A stretch of DNA of 64,000 nt from NCBI GenBank assembly GCA_001780165.1, contig MFFQ01000026.1:10113-74112 (forward strand), written 5' to 3'. Source of the DNA: Candidatus Eisenbacteria bacterium RBG_16_71_46 (lineage in GTDB: Bacteria; Eisenbacteria; RBG-16-71-46). Both the position numbers and the translations under genes were made by a program. Position 1 is the stretch's first letter. Every line of letters begins with the position of its first letter. The notes beneath the pieces were generated by a model, which saw only the letters and a program-made list of their open reading frames with translations, was not told the origin of the DNA and did not search any database. This document shows positions 16,372 to 27,953 of this stretch, piece by piece.

Positions 16372-17924
16372 GCGCCGACCCGCGGCCGCCGCTGAGCCGC
16401 GTCGAGCGCATCGGCCTGCTCGGGGCCCTCGCGCTCGTGATGGTGCTGATGTGGCCGCTGCGCCATTACCTCACCGACGACACCTTCATCCACCTCCAAT
16501 ACGCGCGCCACCTGGCTCGGGGCGAGGGCCTGGTGTTCAACCTGGGCGAGCGCGTGTACGGGTGCACCAGCCCGCTGTGGGTGGGGCTCATCTCCGCCGG
16601 CGTGGCGCTCGGCCTCGACGGCCTCCGGGTCGCGCGGGTACTCGGCCTGCTCGCGACCCTCGCGTCGGTCGTGCTGTTCTTTCAGCTCATGCGCCACACC
16701 CTGCGCACGCCCGGACTGCGCGTCCTCGCCACCCTGACGTGGGCCGCGCACGCCTGGATGCTGCGCTGGTCGCTCTCGGGGATGGAGACCCCGCTCGCGG
16801 TCGCGCTGACCCTCGCCGGCTTCGTGGCCTTCACCTCCGGGCCGCGATGGGGCACGCGAGCGGCGCTCAGCGGAACGTCGTGGGCGCTGGCCGCGCTCGC
16901 GCGGCCGGAGGGGGTCTTCCTGCTGATGCTGTGGGGCCTGTATCTGCTGCTCGATGCCGATGGACGCGACGGGCTGCGGCGGGCGGTGTTCGGCGTGCTG
17001 CCCGCGCTCGCGATCTACGGCGGCTGGCTGGTGTTCGCGCGCTCCTACTTCGGGACCTTCTGGCCGCAGACGCTGTCTGCCAAGACCGCGGGCGCCACCG
17101 GTCTCGCCTACGAGATCGGAAACCTCTGGCGCCAGGCGCGCATCGTCGGGGCGAGCGACGGCGTGCTGGTGGTGCTGCTGGTGGCCGCGGTTGCGGCCAC
17201 CCTGGTCACGGCCGGCCGGCGCCCGTGGCGCTGGGAGCCGGCGCGGCTGCTGCCCTGGGCCTGGACGCTGGGGCTGCCGGCGCTCTACGTCGCGCGCGGC
17301 GTGCCGGTGATCTCGCGCTACCTGCTCGTGCTGCTGCCGGTGCTGGCGATGCTGGCCTGGCGCGCGGCCGAAGGCTGGTGGACGGGAGGGGAACCCGACC
17401 CGCGCCGGGTGCGGCGCGCGCTGGCGCTCGGTGGCATCGTGGCGGTGCTGTCGCTCGCGCTCAATCTCACGGTCTACCGCGCGGTGGTGGTGCCGCAGGT
17501 GCGCTCGTTCACCGCCGGGCTCGAACGCACGCTGGTGTGGTGGGGGCGCTGGCTCGGCGAGCACGCCGCGCCGGGTGACGCCGTCGCGACGCCCGACATC
17601 GGGGCGATCGGCTACTTCAGCGGCCGGCGGGTGCTCGACCTCGGAGGCCTGGTGACGCCCGGCATGGTGCCGTTGCTCGAGCAGGCGCCCGAGGAGGACG
17701 TCATCGCCGGCTTCGGCTTCGCCGCCGTGGGCCGCCCGGCGTTCCTGGTGGATCGCGACCCGGCGCCCGACCGCCTGCTCGCGGGCGGGCGTTACGCGGC
17801 GTGCCTGGTCGCGCTCGGTCACGCCGAGGCGCCGAACCTCGGCATCGCGCGGCCGGGCCCCGTGATCTACACCGTCTATCGGATCCGCTGGTCGGCGTAC
17901 GACTCGCTCCGAGTCGGGGGCTGA
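16368..17924 (+). CDS. GT-C fold membrane glycosyltransferase (ArnT/PMT, GT83/GT39-like).
   Basis: Multi-TM protein. A DDTFIH motif sits in the first extracytoplasmic loop, the catalytic DD/DE motif of ArnT/PMT-like enzymes. GTGA overlap with the upstream gene. Confidence 0.65.
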   Translation: MSADPRPPLSRVERIGLLGALALVMVLMWPLRHYLTDDTFIHLQYARHLARGEGLVFNLGERVYGCTSPLWVGLISAGVALGLDGLRVARVLGLLATLASVVLFFQLMRHTLRTPGLRVLATLTWAAHAWMLRWSLSGMETPLAVALTLAGFVAFTSGPRWGTRAALSGTSWALAALARPEGVFLLMLWGLYLLLDADGRDGLRRAVFGVLPALAIYGGWLVFARSYFGTFWPQTLSAKTAGATGLAYEIGNLWRQARIVGASDGVLVVLLVAAVAATLVTAGRRPWRWEPARLLPWAWTLGLPALYVARGVPVISRYLLVLLPVLAMLAWRAAEGWWTGGEPDPRRVRRALALGGIVAVLSLALNLTVYRAVVVPQVRSFTAGLERTLVWWGRWLGEHAAPGDAVATPDIGAIGYFSGRRVLDLGGLVTPGMVPLLEQAPEEDVIAGFGFAAVGRPAFLVDRDPAPDRLLAGGRYAACLVALGHAEAPNLGIARPGPVIYTVYRIRWSAYDSLRVGG

Positions 17925-17986
17925 TCGGTGCACGCGCGTGCAGTAGGATTCGCGCGTCGCGCGGGAATCATCCGCCTCGTTTTTCT

Positions 17987-18015
17987 TTGACAGGGGCTTG
18001 CAGCGCGCCTAATGT
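17987..18015 (+). promoter_or_regulatory. Candidate sigma70-type promoter of the dcw cluster (Pmra).
   Basis: TTGACA at 17987-17992, a 17-nt spacer, and TAATGT at 18010-18015. It lies about 70 nt upstream of mraZ. Confidence 0.55.
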
Positions 18016-18085
18016 GCCGCCTCGTGGGGACCAGTGGGGAATTGTGGAGCCCAGTGGTAGAGAGTCGTGAACCGAGGCGGGAACC

Positions 18086-18538
18086 ATGTCGTCCTTCTAC
18101 GGCGGAGAGATCCACGCGATCGACCACAAGGGTCGCGTCAGCATCCCCGCGACGCTGCGTCGCGCCGAGGGGAAGCGGACGTCGATCCCGCGGTTCTTTC
18201 TCGCGCCCGGCTTCGACGGCTGTCTCGCGCTCTACAGTCCCGAAGGATGGAACAAGATCGAGGAGCAGCTGCAGGCGCTGCCGCTGGGGGACCGCGAAGC
18301 CCGCGCCTTCCAGCGCGCCTTCCTGCGCCACGTGTGCAAGGTGGCGGTGGATGCACAGGGACGGATCACCATCCCACCGTCGCTGCTGAGCCTTGCGGGT
18401 TTGGGCAAGGAAGCCCTCCTGCAAGGCTTGATGAATCGCATCGAGATCTGGAACCCCGAGCGCTTCACCGGCGAATCGGATGCGGTCGAAGGCAAGCTCG
18501 AGGACATGGCGGCGCGGGTGATCGGAGGCCGGTCGTGA
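18086..18538 (+). CDS. mraZ: Transcriptional regulator MraZ.
   Basis: Two DXXXR-type MraZ repeats (IDHKGRVSIP and DAQGRITIP). Its position at the head of the dcw cluster is typical. Confidence 0.9.
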   Translation: MSSFYGGEIHAIDHKGRVSIPATLRRAEGKRTSIPRFFLAPGFDGCLALYSPEGWNKIEEQLQALPLGDREARAFQRAFLRHVCKVAVDAQGRITIPPSLLSLAGLGKEALLQGLMNRIEIWNPERFTGESDAVEGKLEDMAARVIGGRS

Positions 18539-18987
18539 GCAGCACGTTCGCACCCCAGCCGCGCGTGGCCCTGGTGATGAATCTCGATCTGAGCCACGGT
18601 CGCCACGGCGCCACGGCCCGGATCGAGCTTCACGAGCGCGACCAGGGACGGGTGGCGCTGGTCCAGCTCGGCGGCTGGCTCGACGCCGTGGCACTCGGCC
18701 GGCTCGAGGATACGTTGCGCGACCTCGAGCTGCGGGGCGTGTCCCAGCTCCTCCTCGACTGCGCCGCCGTGCGCCACATCGACTACCGCCTGGTGCCGGC
18801 CCTGGTCGCGGCCCTCGATCGCTTCGAGGTGCGCGCGGGCGGGTGCGTGGTGTGCGGGCTCTCGAACTACCTCCGCGACCTCTTCAGGCTCGCGGGCTGC
18901 GAATCGAGCATGCGCTGCTGGCCGTCAGCCGCCGAGCTGCTCGAGCCGCCCGCCGCTCCCGAGCCCGGTCGTGAGCGCGCGTCATGA
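18535..18987 (+). CDS. STAS-domain protein (anti-sigma factor antagonist-like).
   Basis: About 150 aa with a SpoIIAA-like pattern (ARIELHERDQGRVALVQLGGWLDAVALGRLEDTL...LLLDCAAVRHIDYRLV...AGG). GTGA overlap with mraZ, and the 3' end overlaps rsmH. Confidence 0.55.
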   Translation: MSSTFAPQPRVALVMNLDLSHGRHGATARIELHERDQGRVALVQLGGWLDAVALGRLEDTLRDLELRGVSQLLLDCAAVRHIDYRLVPALVAALDRFEVRAGGCVVCGLSNYLRDLFRLAGCESSMRCWPSAAELLEPPAAPEPGRERAS

Positions 18988-19900
18988 GCCGGTCCTGCTG
19001 GCCGAGACCCTGTCGTTCCTCGCGAACGGCGGGGGGCTCTACCTCGACGCCACGCTGGGCGACGGAGGGCATGCCGGGTCGCTGCTCGAGCGCGAGCCGG
19101 GCGCCCGCGTGCTCGGCTGCGATCGCGATCCCGCCGCACTCGCCTTCGCGCGCGAGCGGCTGTCGCGATTCGGGGACCGGCTGGTGATCGCCCACGCGAG
19201 CTTCCGTGAGCTGCCCGACGCCCACGCGCGGGCGGGAGGCGAGCCGTTCACCGGCGCGCTCTTCGATCTCGGCTTGTCGTCGCGACAGATCGACGATCCC
19301 GCCCGGGGCATGAGCTTCATGGCGACCGGGCCGCTCGACCTGCGCATGGACCCGACGCGCGGCGAGACCGCCGTGGAGCGGCTGCGACGCGCGGAGGCCG
19401 ACGAGGTGGCGGAGGTGCTGCGGACCCACGGCGACCTGCGCGAGGCGCGCCGTCTGGCGCCGGCGCTGGTGGCCGAGGCGCGGCGCGGAGGACTGGCGAC
19501 GACGCGCGACCTCGCCGCCCTGATCGATCGCGCGCTCGGTGGACGGCCGCATCCGCGCCGCCACGCCCGCGTGTTTCAGGCGCTGCGGATCTGGGTCAAC
19601 GACGAATCCGCGGATCTCGATGCCGCGCTCACCTGGCTGCCGGGGGCGATGATGCCCGGCGGTGTGGTCGTCACCCTCGCCTATCACTCGGGCGAGGATC
19701 GTAAGATCAAGCGCGCGCTGCGCGGCGGGAACCGCCTCCGCCCGTCGCGTCGCCTGCCGGAGTTGACCGAGGAGCGGCCTCCCGAGGGGCCGTGGCAAGA
19801 GCTCACCCTGAAAGTCGTGACCCCCTCGAACGAGGAGAGGGCCTCGAACCCGCGCGCACGGAGCGCGAGGCTGCGGGCCTTTCGGAGGAAGTCCACATGA
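18971..19900 (+). CDS. rsmH: 16S rRNA (cytosine1402-N4)-methyltransferase RsmH (MraW).
   Basis: HEPVLL N-terminus with the DATLGDGGH and FDLGLSS motifs. Length 309 aa. Confidence 0.9.
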   Translation: MSARHEPVLLAETLSFLANGGGLYLDATLGDGGHAGSLLEREPGARVLGCDRDPAALAFARERLSRFGDRLVIAHASFRELPDAHARAGGEPFTGALFDLGLSSRQIDDPARGMSFMATGPLDLRMDPTRGETAVERLRRAEADEVAEVLRTHGDLREARRLAPALVAEARRGGLATTRDLAALIDRALGGRPHPRRHARVFQALRIWVNDESADLDAALTWLPGAMMPGGVVVTLAYHSGEDRKIKRALRGGNRLRPSRRLPELTEERPPEGPWQELTLKVVTPSNEERASNPRARSARLRAFRRKST

Positions 19901-20334
19901 GAGCTGCACTCCGTCGCCCCCGTCCGTCGTGGCGCGCCACCGAGACGCGCCCGTTTCGACCCGAGCTGTGGCTCATCGCCGCAGCCGTGGTCGGCATGCT
20001 GCTGGTCGAGGTGTGGCAGAGCTCGCGCGTCACGGAGCTCAGTCTCGGGCTCGATCGCACCCGCACGGCGCTCGTGCAGGCGCAGGCGCACTACCAGTAC
20101 GCCCGCGCCGATCTCGACCGCCAGGCCACCCGCGCCGAACTCGCCCCGCTCGCATCCGCGCTGGGGCTGGCGCCAGCCGACGCGCAGCAGATCGTCGTGC
20201 TGCCCTCCGAGTACCTGGCCGCGGAGCGGCCGGGCGAGCGGCAGGGACGCACCGAACCGCTGCTCGCATGGGCGGAAAGGGCTTCGCGTGTTCTCGTGCC
20301 GGAAGCGACGGCGCGCGATCGCGCAGGACACTGA
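19897..20334 (+). CDS. ftsL: Cell division protein FtsL-like.
   Basis: Small bitopic protein with one TM (LWLIAAAVVGMLLVEVW) followed by a coiled coil. It sits between rsmH and ftsI. ATGA overlap with rsmH. Confidence 0.7.
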   Translation: MRAALRRPRPSWRATETRPFRPELWLIAAAVVGMLLVEVWQSSRVTELSLGLDRTRTALVQAQAHYQYARADLDRQATRAELAPLASALGLAPADAQQIVVLPSEYLAAERPGERQGRTEPLLAWAERASRVLVPEATARDRAGH

Positions 20335-20443
20335 TCGACCCAGACGATCGGACCTGACGACCGGATATGACCGGCCGCACCACCGCACCGCGCTTGTGAC
20401 GGCCCGGCGGTCTGCGTGAACCGCCGTTCCACGGAGGGAAGAT

Positions 20444-22575
20444 TTGGCCCACATGGACATGCGCAGGAGTCGGGTGCTGGTGGCTGCGGCCGGTCTGTTA
20501 CTCGGGCTGGCCCTGCTGTGGCTGCGCGCGGGCTGGCTCCAGCTCGTGATGCACGAGGCCTACGAGCAGCGGGCCGAGCGGAACCAGGAGCAGCGCGTCC
20601 TGATCAAGCCGGCGCGCGGCAATCTGTTCGACCGCTACGGGCGTCCCCTGGCGCGCGACCTACCCACCTATTCCATTTCCGCCGCCCCCGCGGAGATGCA
20701 GGACCCGCGCCGCACGGCGCGCGATCTCGCGCGGCTGCTCCATCTCGACCGCCGCCGGCTCGAGCGGCAGTTCGCCTCCCGCCCGCGATTCCTCTGGGTG
20801 GCGCGTCAGGTGCCCCCGGCGCCGGGGCAGGAGGTGGCGGGCTGGAGCCGGCGCGGCCTGTACGTCTCGATCGAGACCCGGCGCGAGTATCCGCTCGGCG
20901 CCGCGGCGGGAGAGATCATCGGCCGCACCAACGTCGACAACGAAGGGGTGGACGGTCTCGAGCTGCAGCTGGACGGTGACCTGCGCGGGAGGCCGGGCTG
21001 GGCCACCCTGATTCGCGACGGGCGCGGCCACTCCCACTCGCTGCCGCGCGGCCTGCGGCGCAGTCCCGAGGACGGCCGCAGCGTCGTGCTGACGCTGGAC
21101 GCGGACCTCCAGTCGATCCTCGAGTCGCACCTCGGTCACGTGGTGGACACGCTCAACGCCGAGCGCGGCTTCGCCCTGTTCATGGATCCTCGCACCGGCG
21201 AGGTGCTGGCCTCGGTGGGCGTGCCGCACCTGCCCCCGGGTCGGGCGCGCAACTGGACCATCACCGACCAGTACGAGCCGGGGTCGACCTTCAAGCTGGT
21301 GGTGGCCGCCACCGCGCTCGAGGAGGGGCTGGCGACGCCCGACCAGTGGTTCGAGGCGGCCGCGAACGGCGTGGGGCAAGTGGCGCCCGGCGCGGTGTTC
21401 CACGACGTTCACAAGGAGCCGCGCTACCGCTTCCGTGACGCCCTGCGCTGGTCGAGCAACATCGTCATGGGGCGCCTCGGCGTCCTGGTCGGCGACGAAC
21501 GCCTCTACCGCTACGCCACGTCGCTCGGCTTCGGCAGCATCAGCGGCATCGACTTCCCCGGCGAGGCGAGCGGCCGGCTGCGCAGCCCCGCCCAATGGTC
21601 CGCGCGCTCCGCCCCGACCATCGCGATCGGGCACGAGGTGTCGGTGACCCCACTGCAACTCGTGCTCGCCTACGCCTCGATCGCCAACGGCGGCCTGCTC
21701 ATGCAGCCGCAGCTGGTGCGCGAGGTGCGCACGGCCGAAGGCGAGGTCGTGCGGCGCTTCACGCCCCATGCCTCGCACCGCGTGTTCAGCGAGCGCACCG
21801 CGGCGCTCATGCGGGCGCTGCTGGCCGCGGTGGTGGACAGCGGCACGGCGCAGGCGGCCCGGCTACCGGGATTTCACGTCGCGGGCAAGACGGGCACGTC
21901 GCAGAAGTACGACGCCAGCATCGGCACCTACGCGCGCGGGAAGTACCTGTCCTCGTTCGTGGGCTTCGCGCCCGCCGAGGATCCGGTGCTGGTCGGCCTG
22001 GTGGTGATCGACGAACCCAAGGGCGGGCACTACTACGGGGGCGAGGTGGCCGCGCCGGTGTTCCGCAAGGTGATCGAGGACCTGCGCCGCGTGCCCCATG
22101 GCATGTTCGAGTACGACGCGAACCGCGTCGCCGCGCGCCCCCCGGCGCCGGCACCGGTGACGGTGCCCGACCTGCGGCTGATGGTGCCGGCCGCGGCGGA
22201 ACGGCGGCTCGCGGATCACGAGCTACGCGCCCGTTTCGAGGGCGAGGGCGCGCGCGTCCTCGCGCAGTCGCCGGCGTGCGGCGTGGCGGTGGGACGCGGC
22301 TCCAGCGTGACGATGTGGCTGGCCCCCCCGGTGGATTCGCTCGAGCGCTGCATGCCGGATCTCGCGGGTCTCAGCGTGCGCGAGGCCCTGCGCCGGCTGA
22401 CGAGGCTCGAGCTGCGCCCCCAGATCCTCGGCAGCGGCACCGTGGTGCGGCAGTCGCCCGCGGCGGGGACGGCGCTCGAGCCCGGCGCGGGCTGCCGCCT
22501 GTGGTGCGAGCCTGGCGTGCGGGCCGTCGGGCTCGCGCCGGCCCAGCCGGGTATCATGGCGCGAAACGGAGAGCC

Positions 22576-22579
<4 letters not shown>
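20444..22579 (+). CDS. ftsI: Peptidoglycan D,D-transpeptidase FtsI (PBP3-like) with a C-terminal PASTA region.
   Basis: STFK and KTGT transpeptidase motifs; an SSN motif is also present. The TTG start lies 6 nt after GGAGG. ATG at 20453 is an alternative start. Confidence 0.85.
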
Positions 22580-24044
<1,465 letters not shown>

Positions 24045-24051
<7 letters not shown>

Positions 24052-25466
24052 TCGCCGCGAGCTCGGCCGCGCCGGCGCTGACGCTCACCCGCGTGGCGCA
24101 GCTGGTGCACGGCGACCTCGTCGTGCGCCAGGTGCCGCGCGACGCCTCCGCGCGCGAGGCCTTCCTGCGCACCGCCATCGAGGGCGCGAGCATCGACACC
24201 CGCGCGCTCGAGCCCGGCCAGCTGTTCGTGCCGTTGCGCGGCGAGCATGCGGACGGCCACGACTTCCTCGACGAGGCGTTTCGCTGCGGCGCCGCCGCGG
24301 CGCTGTGCGAGCGGTCGCGCCACGCCGCCCTGGCCGGACGCGAGCCCGGACCGCTGATCGTGGTGGAGGACGTCACCGGCGCGCTGCTCACCCTCGCTCG
24401 GCGTCACCGCGAGGGCTGGCCGGGCCTGGCGCTCGCGGTCACCGGCAGCGCGGGCAAGACCACCACCAAGGACCTGGTGGCCGCGGCCTTCGCCAGCGCG
24501 GGGCCCACGCTCAAGACCGAGGGGAATCTCAACAACCAATGGGGCGTGCCGCTCACGCTGCTGCGGCTGCGCCCGGAACATCGGGTGGCGGTGGTGGAGC
24601 TGGCGATGAACCACCCGGGCGAGATCGCCGCGCTCGCGCAGGTCGCGTTGCCCGGCGCCGCGGTGATCACCAACGCCGGCAGCGCCCACCTCGAGCACCT
24701 GGGGTCCCTGGAGGCGATCGCGCGCGAGAAGGCGTCGCTGGCCTTCGCGCTCGCGCCCGGCGCGGTGGCGTTCGCGGGCGCGGATTCGCCGCGGCTGCTC
24801 GCGGCACTCTCCGGGGCGCCGTGCCGGATCGTGACCTACGGGTTCGCGCCCGCGGCCGACGTGCGCCCGCGGCACGTGGATGACCTCGGCGCCGAGGGCA
24901 GCCGCTTCGAGGTCGAAGGTTTCCCGCCGGTGCGGCTTCAGCTGGTGGGCCGCCATCAGGTCGCGAACGCGCTGGCCGCGATCGCGGTCGCTCGCGAATA
25001 CGGCCTCGATCCCGCCGCGGTGGCGCGGGCGCTCGAGACCCACCGCCCCGGCCGCGGGCGCATGGAGGTGCGACGCGCCCGAGGCGCGACGTTGCTGGTG
25101 GACTGCTACAACTCCAATCCCGAGTCCGCGCGCGCCGCGCTCGACACCCTGGCCGCGTGGCCGCGGGCCCGCCGGCGCATCGCCGTGCTCGGCGACATGC
25201 TCGAGCTCGGGCCCGAGGCTCCCGCCCTCCATCGCGCGGTGGGGGCGGCGGTGCGCGAGGCGGAGCTGTGGGCGCTGGGCCGCCACGCGGGCGACTACGG
25301 GGCCGGTGGCCGGAGCGCGGGGGTCGAGGTGCGCGAGTTCGCGGACCTGCCGAGCCTGCGTGCCGCCGTGGCCGGGGCCCTCGAGCGCGATGTCGTCGTC
25401 CTGCTCAAGGCGTCGCGCGGCGTGGCGCTCGAGCGCGTGCTCGAGGGCCTCGAGGCGGAGGGTTAG
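24045..25466 (+). CDS. murF: UDP-N-acetylmuramoyl-tripeptide--D-alanyl-D-alanine ligase MurF.
   Basis: Mur ligase P-loop GSAGKTTTK. It follows murE and overlaps it by 7 nt. Confidence 0.85.
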
Positions 25467-25470
25467 CGGC

Positions 25471-26562
25471 GTGTTCTACGAATGGGTCTATCCGCTCCAC
25501 GAGCTGCCCGGGCTCTCGGCGCTGAACGTCTTCCGCTACATCACGTTTCGCGCCGCGTACGCCGCGATCACGGCGCTGCTGGTGTGCTTCGTCCTGGGGC
25601 CGCCGATGATCGAATGGCTCCGGCGCGTCAAGCTCGGGCAGCGGGTGCGGGCCGAGGGACCGCAGAGCCACCTCGCCAAGGCGGGCACGCCGACCATGGG
25701 AGGCGTGCTCATCCTCGCCGCCATCGTGGTGCCGACGTTGCTGTGGGGCAACCTCCACTCGCGCCCGTTGTGGCTCGCGCTGCTCGCCACCGTCTGGCTC
25801 GGCGCGATCGGCTTCCTGGACGACTATTTGCGCGTCGTCAAGGGGTTCCCCAAGGGCCTGCTCGGGCGCTACAAGCTCACCGGGCAGTTCGCCATCGGGC
25901 TCGCGATCGGGCTGATTCTCGTGCTGTGGCCCGAGCCCGGGCTGCCGGGAACGACCACCCACGTCCCGTTCCTCAAGTTCCGCTTCATCGACTTCGGCTG
26001 GTTGTTCGTTCCTTTCGTGATCCTGGTGATCACCGGCGCCTCGAACGCCGTCAACCTCACCGACGGGCTCGACGGTCTCGCCTCGGGGTTGATGGCGATC
26101 GCCGCGCTGACCTTCGCCGGGATGTGCTACCTCAGCGGCCACATCAAGATCTCCGAGTACCTCAACATCAGCTACCTCCCCTATGGCGGGGAGCTCACCG
26201 TGTTCTGCGCGGCAGTGCTCGGGGCCTCGCTCGGCTTCCTCTGGTACAACTGCCATCCGGCCGACGTGTTCATGGGCGACACCGGGTCGCTCGCGCTGGG
26301 CGGCGCGCTCGGCACCGTGGCGGTGCTGATCAAGCGCGAATTCTGGCTGGTCCTGGTGGGCGGCGTGTTCGTCGCCGAGGCGATGTCGGTGATGCTCCAG
26401 GTCGCGTCCTTCAGGCTGTGGGGCCGGCGGGTCTTCCGCATGTCGCCGCTCCACCATCACTTCGAGCTCAGGGGCTGGGCGGAGTCGCGCGTGGTGCTAC
26501 GCTTCTACATCGTTGGGGCGCTGCTCGCCCTGCTCTCGCTCTCGACCTTCAAACTCCAATGA
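25471..26562 (+). CDS. mraY: Phospho-N-acetylmuramoyl-pentapeptide transferase MraY.
   Basis: NAVNLTDGLDGLA and HHHFEL motifs with about 10 TM helices. Confidence 0.9.
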   Translation: MFYEWVYPLHELPGLSALNVFRYITFRAAYAAITALLVCFVLGPPMIEWLRRVKLGQRVRAEGPQSHLAKAGTPTMGGVLILAAIVVPTLLWGNLHSRPLWLALLATVWLGAIGFLDDYLRVVKGFPKGLLGRYKLTGQFAIGLAIGLILVLWPEPGLPGTTTHVPFLKFRFIDFGWLFVPFVILVITGASNAVNLTDGLDGLASGLMAIAALTFAGMCYLSGHIKISEYLNISYLPYGGELTVFCAAVLGASLGFLWYNCHPADVFMGDTGSLALGGALGTVAVLIKREFWLVLVGGVFVAEAMSVMLQVASFRLWGRRVFRMSPLHHHFELRGWAESRVVLRFYIVGALLALLSLSTFKLQ

Positions 26563-27953
26563 CGATCGACGCCCGCCACCCGCTTCCCGGGACCCGACCG
26601 CTGGTGGTCGGCGCAGCGCGCTCGGGCCTGGCCGCGGCACGCCTGCTGCGCGCCCACGGCCTCGCGGTGCGGGTCTGCGACGCCCGCGCCGCCGCCGAGC
26701 GGCCGGAGGCGGCGCGGGACCTCGAGGCGCTCGGGGCCGAGACGCGATGGGGGCGCGACGACCCGGCGCTGCTCGAGGGCCGCGACTTCGTGGTGTGGAG
26801 CCCGGGCATTCCGGTCGCGCACCCCACCGCCGCCGCGGCGCGGGCGGCGGGCCTCCCGCTGCTCTCCGAACTCGAGCTCGGCTTCCTCGCCGCGCACGCC
26901 CCGCTGGTGTGCGTGACCGGCACCAACGGCAAGAGCACCACGACCGACCTGGTTGGCGCCATCCTGCGCGCCGCCGGGCGCGAGGTGGAGGTGTGCGGCA
27001 ACATCGGACGCGCCTTGTGCGACGTGGCGGAGTCGGTCGGGCCGACCGGGCTGCTGGTGGTCGAGGTGTCCTCGTTCCAGCTCGAGACCGTGGACCGGCT
27101 CAAGCCCTTCGTCGCCACCTGGCTCAACCTCACGTCCGACCACCTCGATCGCCACCACGACTTCGAGACCTACGGGGCTCTCAAGCAGAAGTTGTTCGCC
27201 CGGCAGGGCGAGGGGGACTACGCGGTGCGGAACGCGGACGATCCCGAGGTCGTCCGGCGGCGCGCCGGGGCCGCGACGCCGCTCGCGTTCTCCCGCCGCG
27301 GGCCGGTGGACGAGGGCGCCTGGCTCGAGGCCGGCGAGATCGCGCTGGCGTGGCGCGGGGGTACCGAACGCGTGCTCCCGTCGCGCGAGCTGCGGCTGCG
27401 CGGCCCGCACAACCTGGCGAACGCGCTCGCGGCCCTGGCCACGACCCTGCCGCTCGAGGTCGCTCCCGAGCTGCTGCGTCGCACGCTGCGGAGCTACGCT
27501 GGCCTCGAGCACCGGCTCGAGCTGGTGGCCGTCGTGGAGGGCGTCCAGTTCGTGAACGACTCCAAGGCCACCAACGTCGGTTCGCTCGAGGTGGCGCTCG
27601 CGAGCTTCGACGATCCGGTGGTGCTCATTGCGGGGGGACGCGACAAGGGACAGGACTTCGCGCCCCTCCTCGAGACCGTGCGCCGCCGCACTCGGCTGGT
27701 GGTGCTCATCGGCGAGGGTGCGGAGCGCATCACGACCGCGTGGCCCGGGGTGCCGGTCCGTCGCGCGGCGACGCTGGCGGAGGCCGTGGATCTCGGTTTC
27801 GACGCGGCCCGCGCGCAGGTCGCGGCGGGCGGCCGCGTGGTCCTGCTCTCGCCGGGGTGCGCGTCGTTCGACATGTTCTCGGACTTCGAGGATCGCGGCC
27901 GGCGTTTCAAGGCCGAGGTCACCCGTCTGCAGACGAAGGAGGCCCACACGTGA
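26559..27953 (+). CDS. murD: UDP-N-acetylmuramoylalanine--D-glutamate ligase MurD.
   Basis: Rossmann-like N-terminal domain followed by the GTNGKSTT P-loop. ATGA overlap with mraY. Confidence 0.9.
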   Translation: MTIDARHPLPGTRPLVVGAARSGLAAARLLRAHGLAVRVCDARAAAERPEAARDLEALGAETRWGRDDPALLEGRDFVVWSPGIPVAHPTAAAARAAGLPLLSELELGFLAAHAPLVCVTGTNGKSTTTDLVGAILRAAGREVEVCGNIGRALCDVAESVGPTGLLVVEVSSFQLETVDRLKPFVATWLNLTSDHLDRHHDFETYGALKQKLFARQGEGDYAVRNADDPEVVRRRAGAATPLAFSRRGPVDEGAWLEAGEIALAWRGGTERVLPSRELRLRGPHNLANALAALATTLPLEVAPELLRRTLRSYAGLEHRLELVAVVEGVQFVNDSKATNVGSLEVALASFDDPVVLIAGGRDKGQDFAPLLETVRRRTRLVVLIGEGAERITTAWPGVPVRRAATLAEAVDLGFDAARAQVAAGGRVVLLSPGCASFDMFSDFEDRGRRFKAEVTRLQTKEAHT

